The notes under the pieces were generated by a model. That model saw only the letters and a program-made list of their open reading frames with translations, was not told the DNA's origin and searched no databases. 64,000 bases of DNA from a virus (lineage: Duplodnaviria > Caudoviricetes): the IMG/VR virus record IMGVR_UViG_2871875081_000002, positions 23,452-87,451 of that record, one strand, 5' to 3'. A program made the position numbers and the translations under genes. Below, in pieces: positions 39,132 to 48,638 of this stretch (positions are counted from its first letter, which is position 1; the number at the start of each line of letters is the position of its first letter).

Positions 39132-40694
39132 TTAATCATCAGGCTGAATGAAGCTCTCAGGCTGCTTGATGTCCTCCTCACCACGCAATTTATTCTTCAC
39201 GTCATTGATGAGTAGCTCCTGCTTCAGGTCAATCATCTGCGCGCCGTACACCTGATACGTCATTCCGCCCTGTGACCTCTTCTTGAAGAAGCCGTACTTG
39301 TCGCTCATATCACGCCCGAACTTCTGAATCGTAGGGATATCCTTCTCCTCGACATCGTTGGCCTTGCAGAACTCGACGAATCTCTCGTACATCTCCTTGG
39401 CAAGCATGCACTCCGAAATCTCACCCCTCGCTTCTTGGCTACACCTCATATCATACGCCCTTATCCAGGCATAGATAGGATTGCTTCCAAGAAGGGAGAT
39501 AAGCAGCTGCCTCCTGCTTCCCTCAGCTGCCGGGAACCTGTACTTCCTGCTCCTCAGCTCCATCGCGCCGCGGAATATCCAGTTAAATACTCCGCTCAGC
39601 TCTTCACGGATGATCTTGCTCGCCAGCTCCGGGTCCTGCCTCTCCTTTGGAATGGTCACGTCGAAGCTCACGTACTGCAAACGTCTGATGAATCCGAGCG
39701 ACGCATCGTCTGGGAACGGAAGCTCATTGAGGTTGAAGATGAGGTAGGGGATTGAGTTTCCCTCCAGGATATCCCTGCCGAGCTTTCTCATCGGGACGGG
39801 CTCACCGCTCACGAGTCTCTTGAACATACCGGTGTTCTTCCTTCCGAACTTCTTCGGGTCGGAATCGGAAGACCAGTTGAAGATGGCGTTCCTGATAGGA
39901 TACCTTCCCCTCATTCCCTCGTCGCCGTCGGCAGTGAGGTCAGCGTAGTCCATCTTGCTTATCCTGTCCTTGCCGAATATGTTGCAGGCAACGTCGAAGA
40001 TGACGCTCTTTCCGTTGGCTCCCGTACCTATAAGGAGAAGGCAGAGTTCAATCTTCGATGACTCCTTCCCCTCGTACGGATTGTATGCAGTACCTCTCTG
40101 TATGAGACCGAGACCGAGGAACATCTGGAGGATCATCCTCGACGTCCTGTCTGGGAGGACCTCCTTGATGAAGTTCATCCACCTGTCGCACTTCGCCTTC
40201 GGATTGTAGTCGTATGGGTGGTAGTATGTGACATGGTACTCGGGAGAGAACGGCATCACGTTCGGATACTTCAGACCGCTGCCGAAGTCAACAACTCCGT
40301 TTGCGAATGCAACGATGTCGAAGGTAGGTCTCAGTATGTTGTAGCACTCTATCACCTCCATGAATGACTTGTTCATCACCGTACTGATGCCGAGCATCGG
40401 AGCCATGGCCAGGTCGAGGAGCAGAAGCTGGTAAGCCTGTTCCAAAACTATCTTCGGAACAGCTTCGTATATCTTGCCGTTGAACATGTAGTAAGCACCG
40501 TTGTAGTACTTCACCGGAGCCTTCTTCGCCAGACGTCTCATTGACCTGATGAAAGTAGACTTCAGCTTGTTGTACTTATCAGAGTTTGCCTTACCCCAGT
40601 CCTGGCAACGGAGCGCTTCGAAGCCGTACTCGTCATGCCTCAAAAGGTCTAGCAACTGAGCGTGCAATGTGTCTATAGCAATACCATTTTCCAT
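39132..40694 (-). CDS. D5/P4-family primase-associated SF3 helicase
   Basis: D5_N-like AFANGVVDF; Walker A GTGANGKS; RRLQYVSF; C-terminal winged helix. Confidence 0.88.
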   Translation of the reverse strand: MENGIAIDTLHAQLLDLLRHDEYGFEALRCQDWGKANSDKYNKLKSTFIRSMRRLAKKAPVKYYNGAYYMFNGKIYEAVPKIVLEQAYQLLLLDLAMAPMLGISTVMNKSFMEVIECYNILRPTFDIVAFANGVVDFGSGLKYPNVMPFSPEYHVTYYHPYDYNPKAKCDRWMNFIKEVLPDRTSRMILQMFLGLGLIQRGTAYNPYEGKESSKIELCLLLIGTGANGKSVIFDVACNIFGKDRISKMDYADLTADGDEGMRGRYPIRNAIFNWSSDSDPKKFGRKNTGMFKRLVSGEPVPMRKLGRDILEGNSIPYLIFNLNELPFPDDASLGFIRRLQYVSFDVTIPKERQDPELASKIIREELSGVFNWIFRGAMELRSRKYRFPAAEGSRRQLLISLLGSNPIYAWIRAYDMRCSQEARGEISECMLAKEMYERFVEFCKANDVEEKDIPTIQKFGRDMSDKYGFFKKRSQGGMTYQVYGAQMIDLKQELLINDVKNKLRGEEDIKQPESFIQPDD

Positions 40695-41429
40695 TTATGT
40701 ACAATAATAATATTAATTTTCCGTTATTGTGTAGGATAAACCCCGATAAATAGGGGCTTTCTGAAGGATAACACGTGTCAGGTCGTCCTTATAACATGTC
40801 GTCTATAAAATATCGACAATACAAAAATACAGATAATATCCTGAATATCCGGTAAAACCCTAGTAAATAAAGGGTATAAATATACATTTTAGGTATACAT
40901 TAAATGAAGGATAGGTATACATTTATGGTTTGGTCTGCAAAGTAAGAGTTTATGCTATCAAATGTTAATAAATAACGGATGAATGAATATGCATAATTAT
41001 CCTTTATGGTAGGAAGTAATTAAACTTTACAAAAAGGCTGAAAAATCGGAAGAAAAAATTTTTAGATGAGGTGACTACCGCGCTGGTTTATAGCTGCAAA
41101 GGGGGTGTGGGGGTGTTTCTTCTGAAATTATTACATTTTGTGTCGGTTTATATAGTATAAACCATCGTGAAACAATATTTTTGTAATTATTCTAAATTGT
41201 CGGTTTATATTTATAAAAAATTTATGTAACCCCTTAATAACCAACACTTTATAATTTTGTTTATATTCATTTTCTTGCATAAATATACATTATTTCTATT
41301 CCGTGAAACATCAAAACTTATTACAATATACTTGTCCAAAATATATTTACGATATTTATTCATGTATAAATATTCGTGTTTAACTTATTAAATACATTTT
41401 AACGAAATTGTCAAAAGGTTATTACATAA

Positions 41430-41705
41430 GTAGTTAAATTCCTTAACACAAACTGCCACTTTGGCGGGTGTAAATACCTGTAAATCAATTAGTTAGCAAT
41501 TTGTAAAGATTAATGTTTATTAAGTTAAATATTTAACAATTACTGCCACTATACCTTTGTAACTAATTGATTATTAGATAGTTACAAGTCTGTCACGTTG
41601 TCGAAAACGTTAAATTATTTAAACCTTAACAACTACTGACAAATGCTGTAATTATTACAAACGGCTAACTACCTATAAATCAAGTACTTACAAAAGGTTA
41701 AATGC
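41430..41705. repeat. Imperfect ~88-bp periodic repeats in AT-rich intergenic DNA (possible origin)
   Basis: GTTAAAT at 41433, 41524, 41609 and 41697; ACTGCCACT twice; TAACTAATTGATT in both orientations. Confidence 0.45.
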
Positions 41706-41803
41706 ATAAACACTCAATTTTTTACTGGTTGTTTGGTACGTAGTTTGCTATTAGATAGGTAACTAACATATGTTAGTTATAATATATTAAACAATAAATA
41801 GTT

Positions 41804-42325
41804 ATGATTAAAAAGTCTTTTATTCAGTCTATTGCAGACAAAAACGCAAAAGTTAACGCTTTGTGCGAGTATTTGGGAACACTTCGTACTGAGTGCATAC
41901 GTAATTACCAAACAGAAGAGTGCACAAAAGAATATTCAGAAATGCATGAAATTTACATGCAAGTTTCTGAATTGAGCAAAAAATTAGATACACTCATTAA
42001 AGAAAACGTATTGAGCGACGAAACAACAATAAACCAAAATTACGAAAGCGTGCGTAATTTGGTTATTGCAGTAGATAACAAAGGGGGTCACAAGTGGGCC
42101 TTTATTGCTTACTTTGACGCAAACGTAACAGACAAAAACGATTTGCCTTTGTTCTATTCTGTAAGCGAGTGCAGCGGTTATGTTACTAAGTTATATAACA
42201 ACTATCTCGATACGCTTGATAGTGTTCGCAAAGAACGCGGTAAACGTGAACGTTTGGCTGATAAAAAAGCCCGTTTACTTGCAGAACTTGCAGCGCTCGA
42301 AGAAAGCGAGAAAGAAAGCGAGTAA
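41804..42325 (+). CDS. Hypothetical AT-rich coiled-coil protein, first gene of the rightward region
   Basis: 173-aa ORF. Confidence 0.75.
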   Translation: MIKKSFIQSIADKNAKVNALCEYLGTLRTECIRNYQTEECTKEYSEMHEIYMQVSELSKKLDTLIKENVLSDETTINQNYESVRNLVIAVDNKGGHKWAFIAYFDANVTDKNDLPLFYSVSECSGYVTKLYNNYLDTLDSVRKERGKRERLADKKARLLAELAALEESEKESE

Positions 42326-42333
42326 CACAAAAC

Positions 42334-43010
42334 AGATAGCTAGAGAAAAATCTAGCTATCTAGTTTTCCCACCGACTAACTAGCAGTTAGCCAGTGGGAA
42401 ATTTTACTCCAGGTTTTTCAACTTGGAGCGGGTCGTCGTGTCCTTATTTTTCCCACACAATTTTGGAAACCTTGTCGTGGTGTGTGGGCTTAACTCAGAG
42501 AGAGAATTTATTCTCCCTCAGGGGACTAATTGCCAAAATCCAAGAGAAGTATCTCAGTAAATCGAGAGTGCGAGAGGCACACCGAGATGGGAGAGAGTAA
42601 CGTGTTACTCAGAGACATCCATCCGAGAGATACGCAAAAATTCCTGGCGTGAGCGTCGAATGAGATGAGACGGCACGACGGCTAGGGGATTTGTATCATC
42701 TAGCGAGATGAGAGTTTTAGAAAGAAATCATAATTCATATTCTACCGGTTTGGAATTGTCCGGTCGGGCTGGTTACCCGAGAATCAATTGTGTGTGCAAT
42801 CACGATTGCAGCGTTCAAGGTACACACTATCCACGCTGACTGAAATCGGTTGCTTGTCATCCGTGCGAGATTTATCTCCTCAGAAATAAACAAGCTGCTG
42901 GCAGAAGCATAAAATCTGTAGGGTGTGAGCCACGTAGTTAAGACGATAAAGATAAAACGTGGTGCAAAGATGCACATCCTGGCTAACGGGGCGGGGAGAA
43001 ATCTCCGCTC
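42334..43010 (+). ncRNA. Candidate large structured ncRNA (~650 nt)
   Basis: More than 12 hand-identified helices, including a long-range 11-bp pair 42432-42442/42672-42682; no credible ORF. Strand assumed from neighbours. Confidence 0.55.
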
Positions 43011-43039
43011 TACAATTACAAACCATTTATATTAGAATT

Positions 43040-43198
43040 ATGAAACAGAGAATCAAGGAATTTTGCGATAAGTACATGTGGTTTATCTTGCCTGCTTGCA
43101 GCGTTCTAGCTATAATGCTGGGTGTTGTTTTGGAGAAGCATTTTCCACTGAGTGAAATTCTGTATCCTAATCTCCCTACGCTTGTAGGGAACGAATAA
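43040..43198 (+). CDS. Small membrane protein (52 aa)
   Basis: MKQRIKEFCDKYMWFILPACSVLAIMLGVVL; array-type start context. Confidence 0.65.
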   Translation: MKQRIKEFCDKYMWFILPACSVLAIMLGVVLEKHFPLSEILYPNLPTLVGNE

Positions 43199-43215
43199 CC
43201 AAAAATATTAGAATT

Positions 43216-43350
43216 ATGAGTACGCTGAGAATTAAATGCCTCGATATGTGCGAGGTTGAGAGTATCATTGCAGATGCTCAGGAGATTTTGAGTCACGTAG
43301 AATTCGGGTCGTTAAAGAATGGTGTGCTTACATTATTCTGCGTGGCGTGA
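43216..43350 (+). CDS. Small hypothetical protein (44 aa)
   Basis: MSTLRIKCLDMCEVE...; the stop TGA is part of the junction box. Confidence 0.65.
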   Translation: MSTLRIKCLDMCEVESIIADAQEILSHVEFGSLKNGVLTLFCVA

Positions 43351-43368
43351 GCCTAAAAATCTGTAGCC

Positions 43369-43735
43369 AGTACGATAATTGTCGTGCGTGGCTACGGAGC
43401 AATTACCAATAAAATTAGAATTATGAGAGCAAGAAACATCATTTATTCAAGTACGATAATTGTGCTTGGATTTATTCAGAGTGCGCCGGCATTCATTTGC
43501 TTGGCAAGTACGATAATTCTCCTGAATGTGCTTGGAATTTTTTATGGGATTCTGCTTGTGCATATTTGGAGCAGTACGAAAAAGGGCAAGTGGTATTTCC
43601 GCGAGCTGTGGCGATCTACACTCCGCTTGGAGAATTTCATCCTTCCTGGAGTTTAAGAGATTTGGAAAGTACGATAATTGTGCTTGGAAACATTTAGCTA
43701 AATTCTGCTTGGAGAAATCTAGGCAGTACGATAAT
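43369..43735 (+). repeat. Cluster of AGTACGATAAT(TGTGCTTGGA) repeats
   Basis: Copies at 43369, 43450, 43507, 43668 and 43725; another at 45528. Confidence 0.8.
43423..43656 (+). CDS. Small membrane protein (77 aa)
   Basis: MRARNIIYSSTIIVLG...; two hydrophobic segments. Confidence 0.6.
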   Translation: MRARNIIYSSTIIVLGFIQSAPAFICLASTIILLNVLGIFYGILLVHIWSSTKKGKWYFRELWRSTLRLENFILPGV

Positions 43736-43758
43736 ATAACCAATTAAGCAAAAGAATT

Positions 43759-43968
43759 ATGGAAAAGAGAATCAGCAAGGGCGTGCTGTCAGCTGCGCTC
43801 ATATTAGTTACAAGTTTCGTGTGTGGCATTATTGCTATCGCAGGATTTCTGCTTGGAGATTTTCAAGCAGTGTTATATTCTGCGGTTCTTGAAATGTGCG
43901 GTCTATTTATAATTGCGATAATGATAGACACAATTCAGTCACAGATAGATGATATCTGTGAAATGTAG
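43759..43968 (+). CDS. Small two-TM membrane protein
   Basis: 69 aa, hydrophobic. Confidence 0.7.
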   Translation: MEKRISKGVLSAALILVTSFVCGIIAIAGFLLGDFQAVLYSAVLEMCGLFIIAIMIDTIQSQIDDICEM

Positions 43969-44031
43969 CCAAAACTACCGCTTGGAGATATTCGGGCGGT
44001 ATCTAGTATTAACCAATTAAATTACAGAATT

Positions 44032-44229
44032 ATGAAGAAGAATATTTTCGTGGCATTGTTTGCCGTAGTGTGTATTGCATTAGTAATGGTTTCAGTTACT
44101 CTCGTGAATTGTCACAGGGCGAACGTTATGCTGAGGAAAACGGTGTTAGCTCAGGCTAACGAGATTTCAGAGCTGAACGGCTATCACACATCAGAGGGAA
44201 CTACGATGTTCGTAGGTCTCAGAAAGTAG
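44032..44229 (+). CDS. Small membrane-anchored protein
   Basis: 65 aa with N-terminal hydrophobic helix. Confidence 0.7.
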   Translation: MKKNIFVALFAVVCIALVMVSVTLVNCHRANVMLRKTVLAQANEISELNGYHTSEGTTMFVGLRK

Positions 44230-44284
44230 CCAAATCTGAGAGGAGTTTCCGCTCCTCTCTTCTATTAACCAAAATATTAAGAAT

Positions 44285-44617
44285 ATGTACAAGACGATAA
44301 CAAAGGAATTAAGCAAGTGTGAGTTAATTGATATCATGATGGGCATGGACTGCGAGGAAGATATGTGTACACACACATCTATCCAGAGAGTTCTATGTCC
44401 TATACAGGCGTGCGATGAGTTCGGCGGCGATCCTGAGGATTCTCGTCCTCTGCTGCCGGGAACATACCTGGCAGTATATCATGACAAGATGGAGGATGAG
44501 CCGTTTCCTATGTTCGCAAAGATTTGCGCCAACATCATTACAGATGAGAACAAATGTCAGATGCTCATGAACGGAGACGGCTGTATTCTGATTTTCCTGC
44601 TCAACAAGTACGAGTAG
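44285..44617 (+). CDS. Hypothetical protein
   Basis: 110 aa flanked by junction elements. Confidence 0.75.
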   Translation: MYKTITKELSKCELIDIMMGMDCEEDMCTHTSIQRVLCPIQACDEFGGDPEDSRPLLPGTYLAVYHDKMEDEPFPMFAKICANIITDENKCQMLMNGDGCILIFLLNKYE

Positions 44618-44679
44618 CCAAAAATGTGCTCAGGCATTTTCCTGGGCATACTATGTAGAACCATTAAACAAATTGAATT

Positions 44680-44856
44680 ATGTTAGATAAGAAATCACAG
44701 AAGAATTTTGAGCGTGCGCTTATGCATGAGATGGAGAAGATCAAGATTGCTGCACGCCAGTGGCACAATAATAACACCAGAGGCTACAGAGATTATCGTA
44801 GCAAGAAAACTATCTCCAAGAGTTTCTCTGAGATTGCGGTATTGTGCATGAGCTAA
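44680..44856 (+). CDS. Small basic protein (58 aa)
   Basis: MLDKKSQKNFERALMHE...; below track cutoff, junction-flanked. Confidence 0.65.
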   Translation: MLDKKSQKNFERALMHEMEKIKIAARQWHNNNTRGYRDYRSKKTISKSFSEIAVLCMS

Positions 44857-44904
44857 ATGTGCGTGACGATTGTCACGCATACTATTCACCAATATTTAAG
44901 AATT

Positions 44905-45195
44905 ATGATAGATGAAGAATACAAGGAGAATGTAGAGTACATACTCTCTACGATTTTGCCTAAGTTGCAGGAGATTCAGAGAGAAGTATTGAAAAATCAA
45001 TCAAGACTGAGCCTTGATGTTAGCGTTAGCAATAAAAACGGCGAAGGGTATATAAGTTGTTTTGCCTGTGTCATGAATGACATGGGAGAAATAACGGATA
45101 CTTGTTTCCCACGTTTCATCTGCGTATGCAGCAAAGAGGAGATTGACGAGCGGCTTAACGAACTTAAAGAGTTCATCAAGAAGTACCTAGCTTAA
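44905..45195 (+). CDS. Hypothetical protein (96 aa)
   Basis: Start MIDEEYKE after AGAATT. Confidence 0.75.
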   Translation: MIDEEYKENVEYILSTILPKLQEIQREVLKNQSRLSLDVSVSNKNGEGYISCFACVMNDMGEITDTCFPRFICVCSKEEIDERLNELKEFIKKYLA

Positions 45196-45244
45196 AATTG
45201 AGGGAGTTTTATCTCCCTCTCCTATAAACCAAAAATGTAGAATT

Positions 45245-45514
45245 ATGAGCAAATGGGTACAATTCTATCACAAGATTAATAAGTTTGACCTTGTGAACAT
45301 GAGATTTACGGATGATTTCAGTATCGTGGAAATGGTTGGCATGGATTCTATTATGCCTATTGACGGTAGACTTAATCTGTCATCCATACGTGCTGAGATA
45401 CAGAAGAAAATAGAGAGCATGAAGAAAATCGAGAGTTTCGACCCTTGTGCATTCTCCATCCTCACCGGTCCTACGATTCTGTGTGCTTCAGAAAGTCCGG
45501 TGTACAATCTCTGA
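45245..45514 (+). CDS. Hypothetical protein
   Basis: 89 aa, junction-flanked. Confidence 0.75.
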   Translation: MSKWVQFYHKINKFDLVNMRFTDDFSIVEMVGMDSIMPIDGRLNLSSIRAEIQKKIESMKKIESFDPCAFSILTGPTILCASESPVYNL

Positions 45515-45573
45515 GCCAGAACTGGGCAGTACGATAATGTGCTGCCTGCTATTAACCAATAAAATTCAGAATT

Positions 45574-45750
45574 ATGACAGACGGAGACAGAAAGTTCCTT
45601 GCCAGGCTCGTCGCGAGTCACAAGGCAGTTATCAGCGAGGAGTGCAGACGCAAGAACCTCGACAAGAGCGAGTATTTCAGACGCGTAGCACGTGCAGACA
45701 AGAAGGCTCAGGAGATTGAGCAATCGTGCATGCGACCTCGCAAGTTCTAG
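45574..45750 (+). CDS. Small basic protein (58 aa)
   Basis: MTDGDRKFLARLVASHK...; junction-flanked. Confidence 0.65.
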   Translation: MTDGDRKFLARLVASHKAVISEECRRKNLDKSEYFRRVARADKKAQEIEQSCMRPRKF

Positions 45751-45812
45751 CCAAACATTCTGTGCAGATAGGCTGCACAGAAACCATGTTAAACCATCAA
45801 AATTAAAGAATT

Positions 45813-46028
45813 ATGGAGAAAATGACACAGAAAGAGTTGAAAAGACTCGTTAGAGTAGGAGCTGCCAAGGATATAACAGACAGCTCAAGTCGTAACGATA
45901 TCCCTGAAAGATATAGCCAAGTAGGCTACTCTTCTGGAATATACGGATGCAACGGAATGTTGCTTCGTGGCGAGAGCGGTCAGCTGTACGCTGTCTGCGC
46001 AAGAACTACGGCTATCTGGGTTTTCTAG
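45813..46028 (+). CDS. Hypothetical protein
   Basis: 71 aa with GYSSGIYGCNG motif. Confidence 0.75.
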   Translation: MEKMTQKELKRLVRVGAAKDITDSSSRNDIPERYSQVGYSSGIYGCNGMLLRGESGQLYAVCARTTAIWVF

Positions 46029-46092
46029 TCAAAAACACGGGTAAGTGTTTGGTGCGCTTACTCGTTTCTATCATCAACCAAAATACAGAAAT

Positions 46093-46554
46093 ATGAATAT
46101 ACAGAAAGTATGGGATGCGTTTATCAAGGAAAATGATAATCCATCATTCGTAAAGATGGCATATGCCGTAGTAGAGCAGCTTGGCGGTGTTAATGAAGAC
46201 ACACTGCTTAATTCTCTCGATAGTTGCAGAAATGCAAATGACGGGTACACTGGATTCTGTTATCCTTATCAGACAAGCAAGTTCTGGAACGAGAACAAGA
46301 GTGCTATCATGGAGAATATGCACGAGCTTGCCGATGATTTGGGTGAAGACCTTATCACGATGATTAAGGGCTTCGGGAATTTCAAGGACGACAAATCTGT
46401 CACCTATGATGCTATCGGCAAGGCTCTGTATGCTCCTTTTAACGAGGGCGAGAGCAGATACATCTACGACACATTTGCAAAGTATGCACTGGAAGAGGTT
46501 GCGAATCGATTCCAGGACTGGTGGTACGGCCAGGACGAAAGTGAGTTCGATTAG
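46093..46554 (+). CDS. Acidic helical protein (possible Ocr-like DNA mimic)
   Basis: Start MNIQKVW; GYTGFCYPYQTSKFW motif; acidic tail. The function is a guess. Confidence 0.7.
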   Translation: MNIQKVWDAFIKENDNPSFVKMAYAVVEQLGGVNEDTLLNSLDSCRNANDGYTGFCYPYQTSKFWNENKSAIMENMHELADDLGEDLITMIKGFGNFKDDKSVTYDAIGKALYAPFNEGESRYIYDTFAKYALEEVANRFQDWWYGQDESEFD

Positions 46555-46612
46555 CCAAACCAATCCTCACTCCCACGGGTGGGGATTTCTATTAACCAAC
46601 AATTACAGAATT

Positions 46613-46852
46613 ATGAGTGATTTAGAGAAAATCCTGAATGACGATTTGCTGAAGTGTAAAATCGTTGAGTCTGTAGAGAATCCTGTTAGGCGTGTGGACC
46701 TCATCAAGTGGACGCACGACAATACATACTCTATTGCAGAGGTACGCAAGGATACCGGTAAGCTAGAGGTCACAGACTTGAAAGCTGCCAGTGGTCTTGA
46801 AGCATACAAGCATTTCTTCAGAAATTATGGAGACATTGCCATATGTGGCTAA
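46613..46852 (+). CDS. Hypothetical protein (79 aa)
   Basis: Start MSDLEKIL after AGAATT. Confidence 0.7.
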   Translation: MSDLEKILNDDLLKCKIVESVENPVRRVDLIKWTHDNTYSIAEVRKDTGKLEVTDLKAASGLEAYKHFFRNYGDIAICG

Positions 46853-46904
46853 AACTCCCCACGATAATGTGGGGAACCATTATGAACCATTAAACAGATG
46901 AATT

Positions 46905-47444
46905 ATGGAAAAGAATATTTGGGAATATGTTATGAACAGCAAGGGTGAGGTTATCGAGAAAGTAGCCGATTATATCGGTGTTGAAAGCTTCGCCAAGGTA
47001 ATCGAGAGCCTATATCGTGAGTGTCTTGAGAATTTCGATGACGCAGATGATTTAGAAGAATACATTGCCGATTTATACGGAAAGAATATCCAGTCTCTTG
47101 CGTGGGAGTTTACTCTAGAGGCAAACAAGGAGATGAAGAAATATCTCCATAAGGATTCTCAGCATATGGATGGCAATTTCGCCAATCTGTACGAGGACTA
47201 CCCTAAGCACAGAACAGGTGTTTGGCGGGCATCAGACTACGATGGCGACGATTACTACGATTTGTATCCTCAGATGGTAGTCAGACTTGATGCCGCAGAG
47301 GACAGCGAACAGGCTAACGAGGATAGAGAATATCTTGAAGAGTGGTATTTCGAAGCCTTCGGTACGTACAACATCAAGTACAATTTCGGCAATTACCTTG
47401 AAGAGGTTCACTCCATGATGGAGGAAGATTATGAGGAAGCCTAA
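46905..47444 (+). CDS. Very acidic protein
   Basis: 179 aa, roughly one quarter Asp/Glu by hand count. Confidence 0.78.
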   Translation: MEKNIWEYVMNSKGEVIEKVADYIGVESFAKVIESLYRECLENFDDADDLEEYIADLYGKNIQSLAWEFTLEANKEMKKYLHKDSQHMDGNFANLYEDYPKHRTGVWRASDYDGDDYYDLYPQMVVRLDAAEDSEQANEDREYLEEWYFEAFGTYNIKYNFGNYLEEVHSMMEEDYEEA

Positions 47445-47498
47445 CAATATCCCCTAGCATGGGGGTATTCAATGTTAAACCATTTAAATGATTAGATT

Positions 47499-47726
47499 AT
47501 GGAATTTAGAAAAGGAATTATCTACGCAGGACTTGTTCCTGTAGTAGGCGGCATGATGTGGGTTTCAATAACGCCAGACGCTTCAGATTCGGTTCATTTC
47601 TGGAAGAAGAAGCAGTGTGAGCAGTATATTCGCAAGAATTTCTCGGGAGAAGAGAAGAAATATCTCCTCTCTCAGCTGAAAGAAGAGAAAAGAAGAGCTA
47701 AGATATACTCATGGGCAAGACTTTAA
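47499..47726 (+). CDS. Hypothetical protein
   Basis: 75 aa. Confidence 0.7.
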   Translation: MEFRKGIIYAGLVPVVGGMMWVSITPDASDSVHFWKKKQCEQYIRKNFSGEEKKYLLSQLKEEKRRAKIYSWARL

Positions 47727-47737
47727 AACATACGATC

Positions 47738-47866
47738 ATGAAGCAGGTAATAGTAAGACTCAAGGGAGATTTCTACAGCATGAATACATATTGTAGTACT
47801 CTGAAGGAATTTTTAGAAAAGAGAAACCTGAAGCGCTCTGATGTTGCAGAGTGGTGGAAGGAGTAG
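47738..47866 (+). CDS. Small protein (42 aa)
   Basis: MKQVIVRLKGDFYSM...; ends in TAGCCTAAC. Confidence 0.6.
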   Translation: MKQVIVRLKGDFYSMNTYCSTLKEFLEKRNLKRSDVAEWWKE

Positions 47867-47920
47867 CCTAACAAGGGGAGCTTGCATGCTCCTCTTCTAT
47901 GAACCAAAATACAGAGAATT

Positions 47921-48178
47921 ATGGAAAGAATTACATTTGTTGAAAAAGGCAGTAGAATAATCTACAGACTTGGCAGACGTATAGTATGCTACAGAGATGG
48001 TTACAGAGTTTATTTCGGTAAGCCATCAGATGTTACACACAACACGTTCGATGCACTATCAGAGAATATAGCACATGAGTATTGCCTGAAAGTTTGTGAG
48101 CATAAAAAGTGGGAGAAAGCAAAGTACAGCAAACCTGTCGCATACAACGCACACAGAGTATTGAACGCATTAGCCTAA
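47921..48178 (+). CDS. Hypothetical protein
   Basis: 85 aa. Confidence 0.72.
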   Translation: MERITFVEKGSRIIYRLGRRIVCYRDGYRVYFGKPSDVTHNTFDALSENIAHEYCLKVCEHKKWEKAKYSKPVAYNAHRVLNALA

Positions 48179-48224
48179 AGATAGCCTCCGGGCTATCACT
48201 ATAACCAATTAAATAAAGAGAATT

Positions 48225-48638
48225 ATGACGAAAGAAGCAAAAAAGGTATTCGATAAGTTTTTCAATATCCATCGTGACAACGTTGCAGGTAAGACTATCT
48301 GCTTTATCTCACGTGGAGAGTGGTCTGATCCTCAGATTGCGTACAAGGGCTATCTCCTTAACTACTGGGATGTGCTAGAGCTGGCGTGTCCTGAAGATGC
48401 GCCGGATGATTACGAACCAGACGAAACAGAATGGTATGACGCTTGTGTGGATTCTCTATTCGGCTACACAGATTGCGGCTTAAAACCTGACAAGTTTGAG
48501 CCATCAGACGCTATGAGCGTGACAGATATCATTAACGGAGGGAGCAATCCCTCTGACATTATTAACCAAATTATTAAAGATTATGAAGAGATATTACGTA
48601 TCAGTCACAGAACATTTGAACAAGGTAGTAAGTGTTGA
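48225..48638 (+). CDS. Acidic hypothetical protein whose C-terminus reads through a junction element
   Basis: 137 aa; overlaps the next gene by 56 bp. Confidence 0.65.
   Translation: MTKEAKKVFDKFFNIHRDNVAGKTICFISRGEWSDPQIAYKGYLLNYWDVLELACPEDAPDDYEPDETEWYDACVDSLFGYTDCGLKPDKFEPSDAMSVTDIINGGSNPSDIINQIIKDYEEILRISHRTFEQGSKC

Noticed and set aside
42860-42985. Group II intron domain V/VI
   Set aside because: GAGCCACGT...ACGTGG does not give the domain V length or bulge; no intron ORF or interrupted gene.
43369-43735. AGTACGATAAT repeats as a CRISPR mini-array
   Set aside because: Irregular spacing (81, 57, 161, 57 bp), short degenerate repeats, overlap with an ORF, no cas genes.
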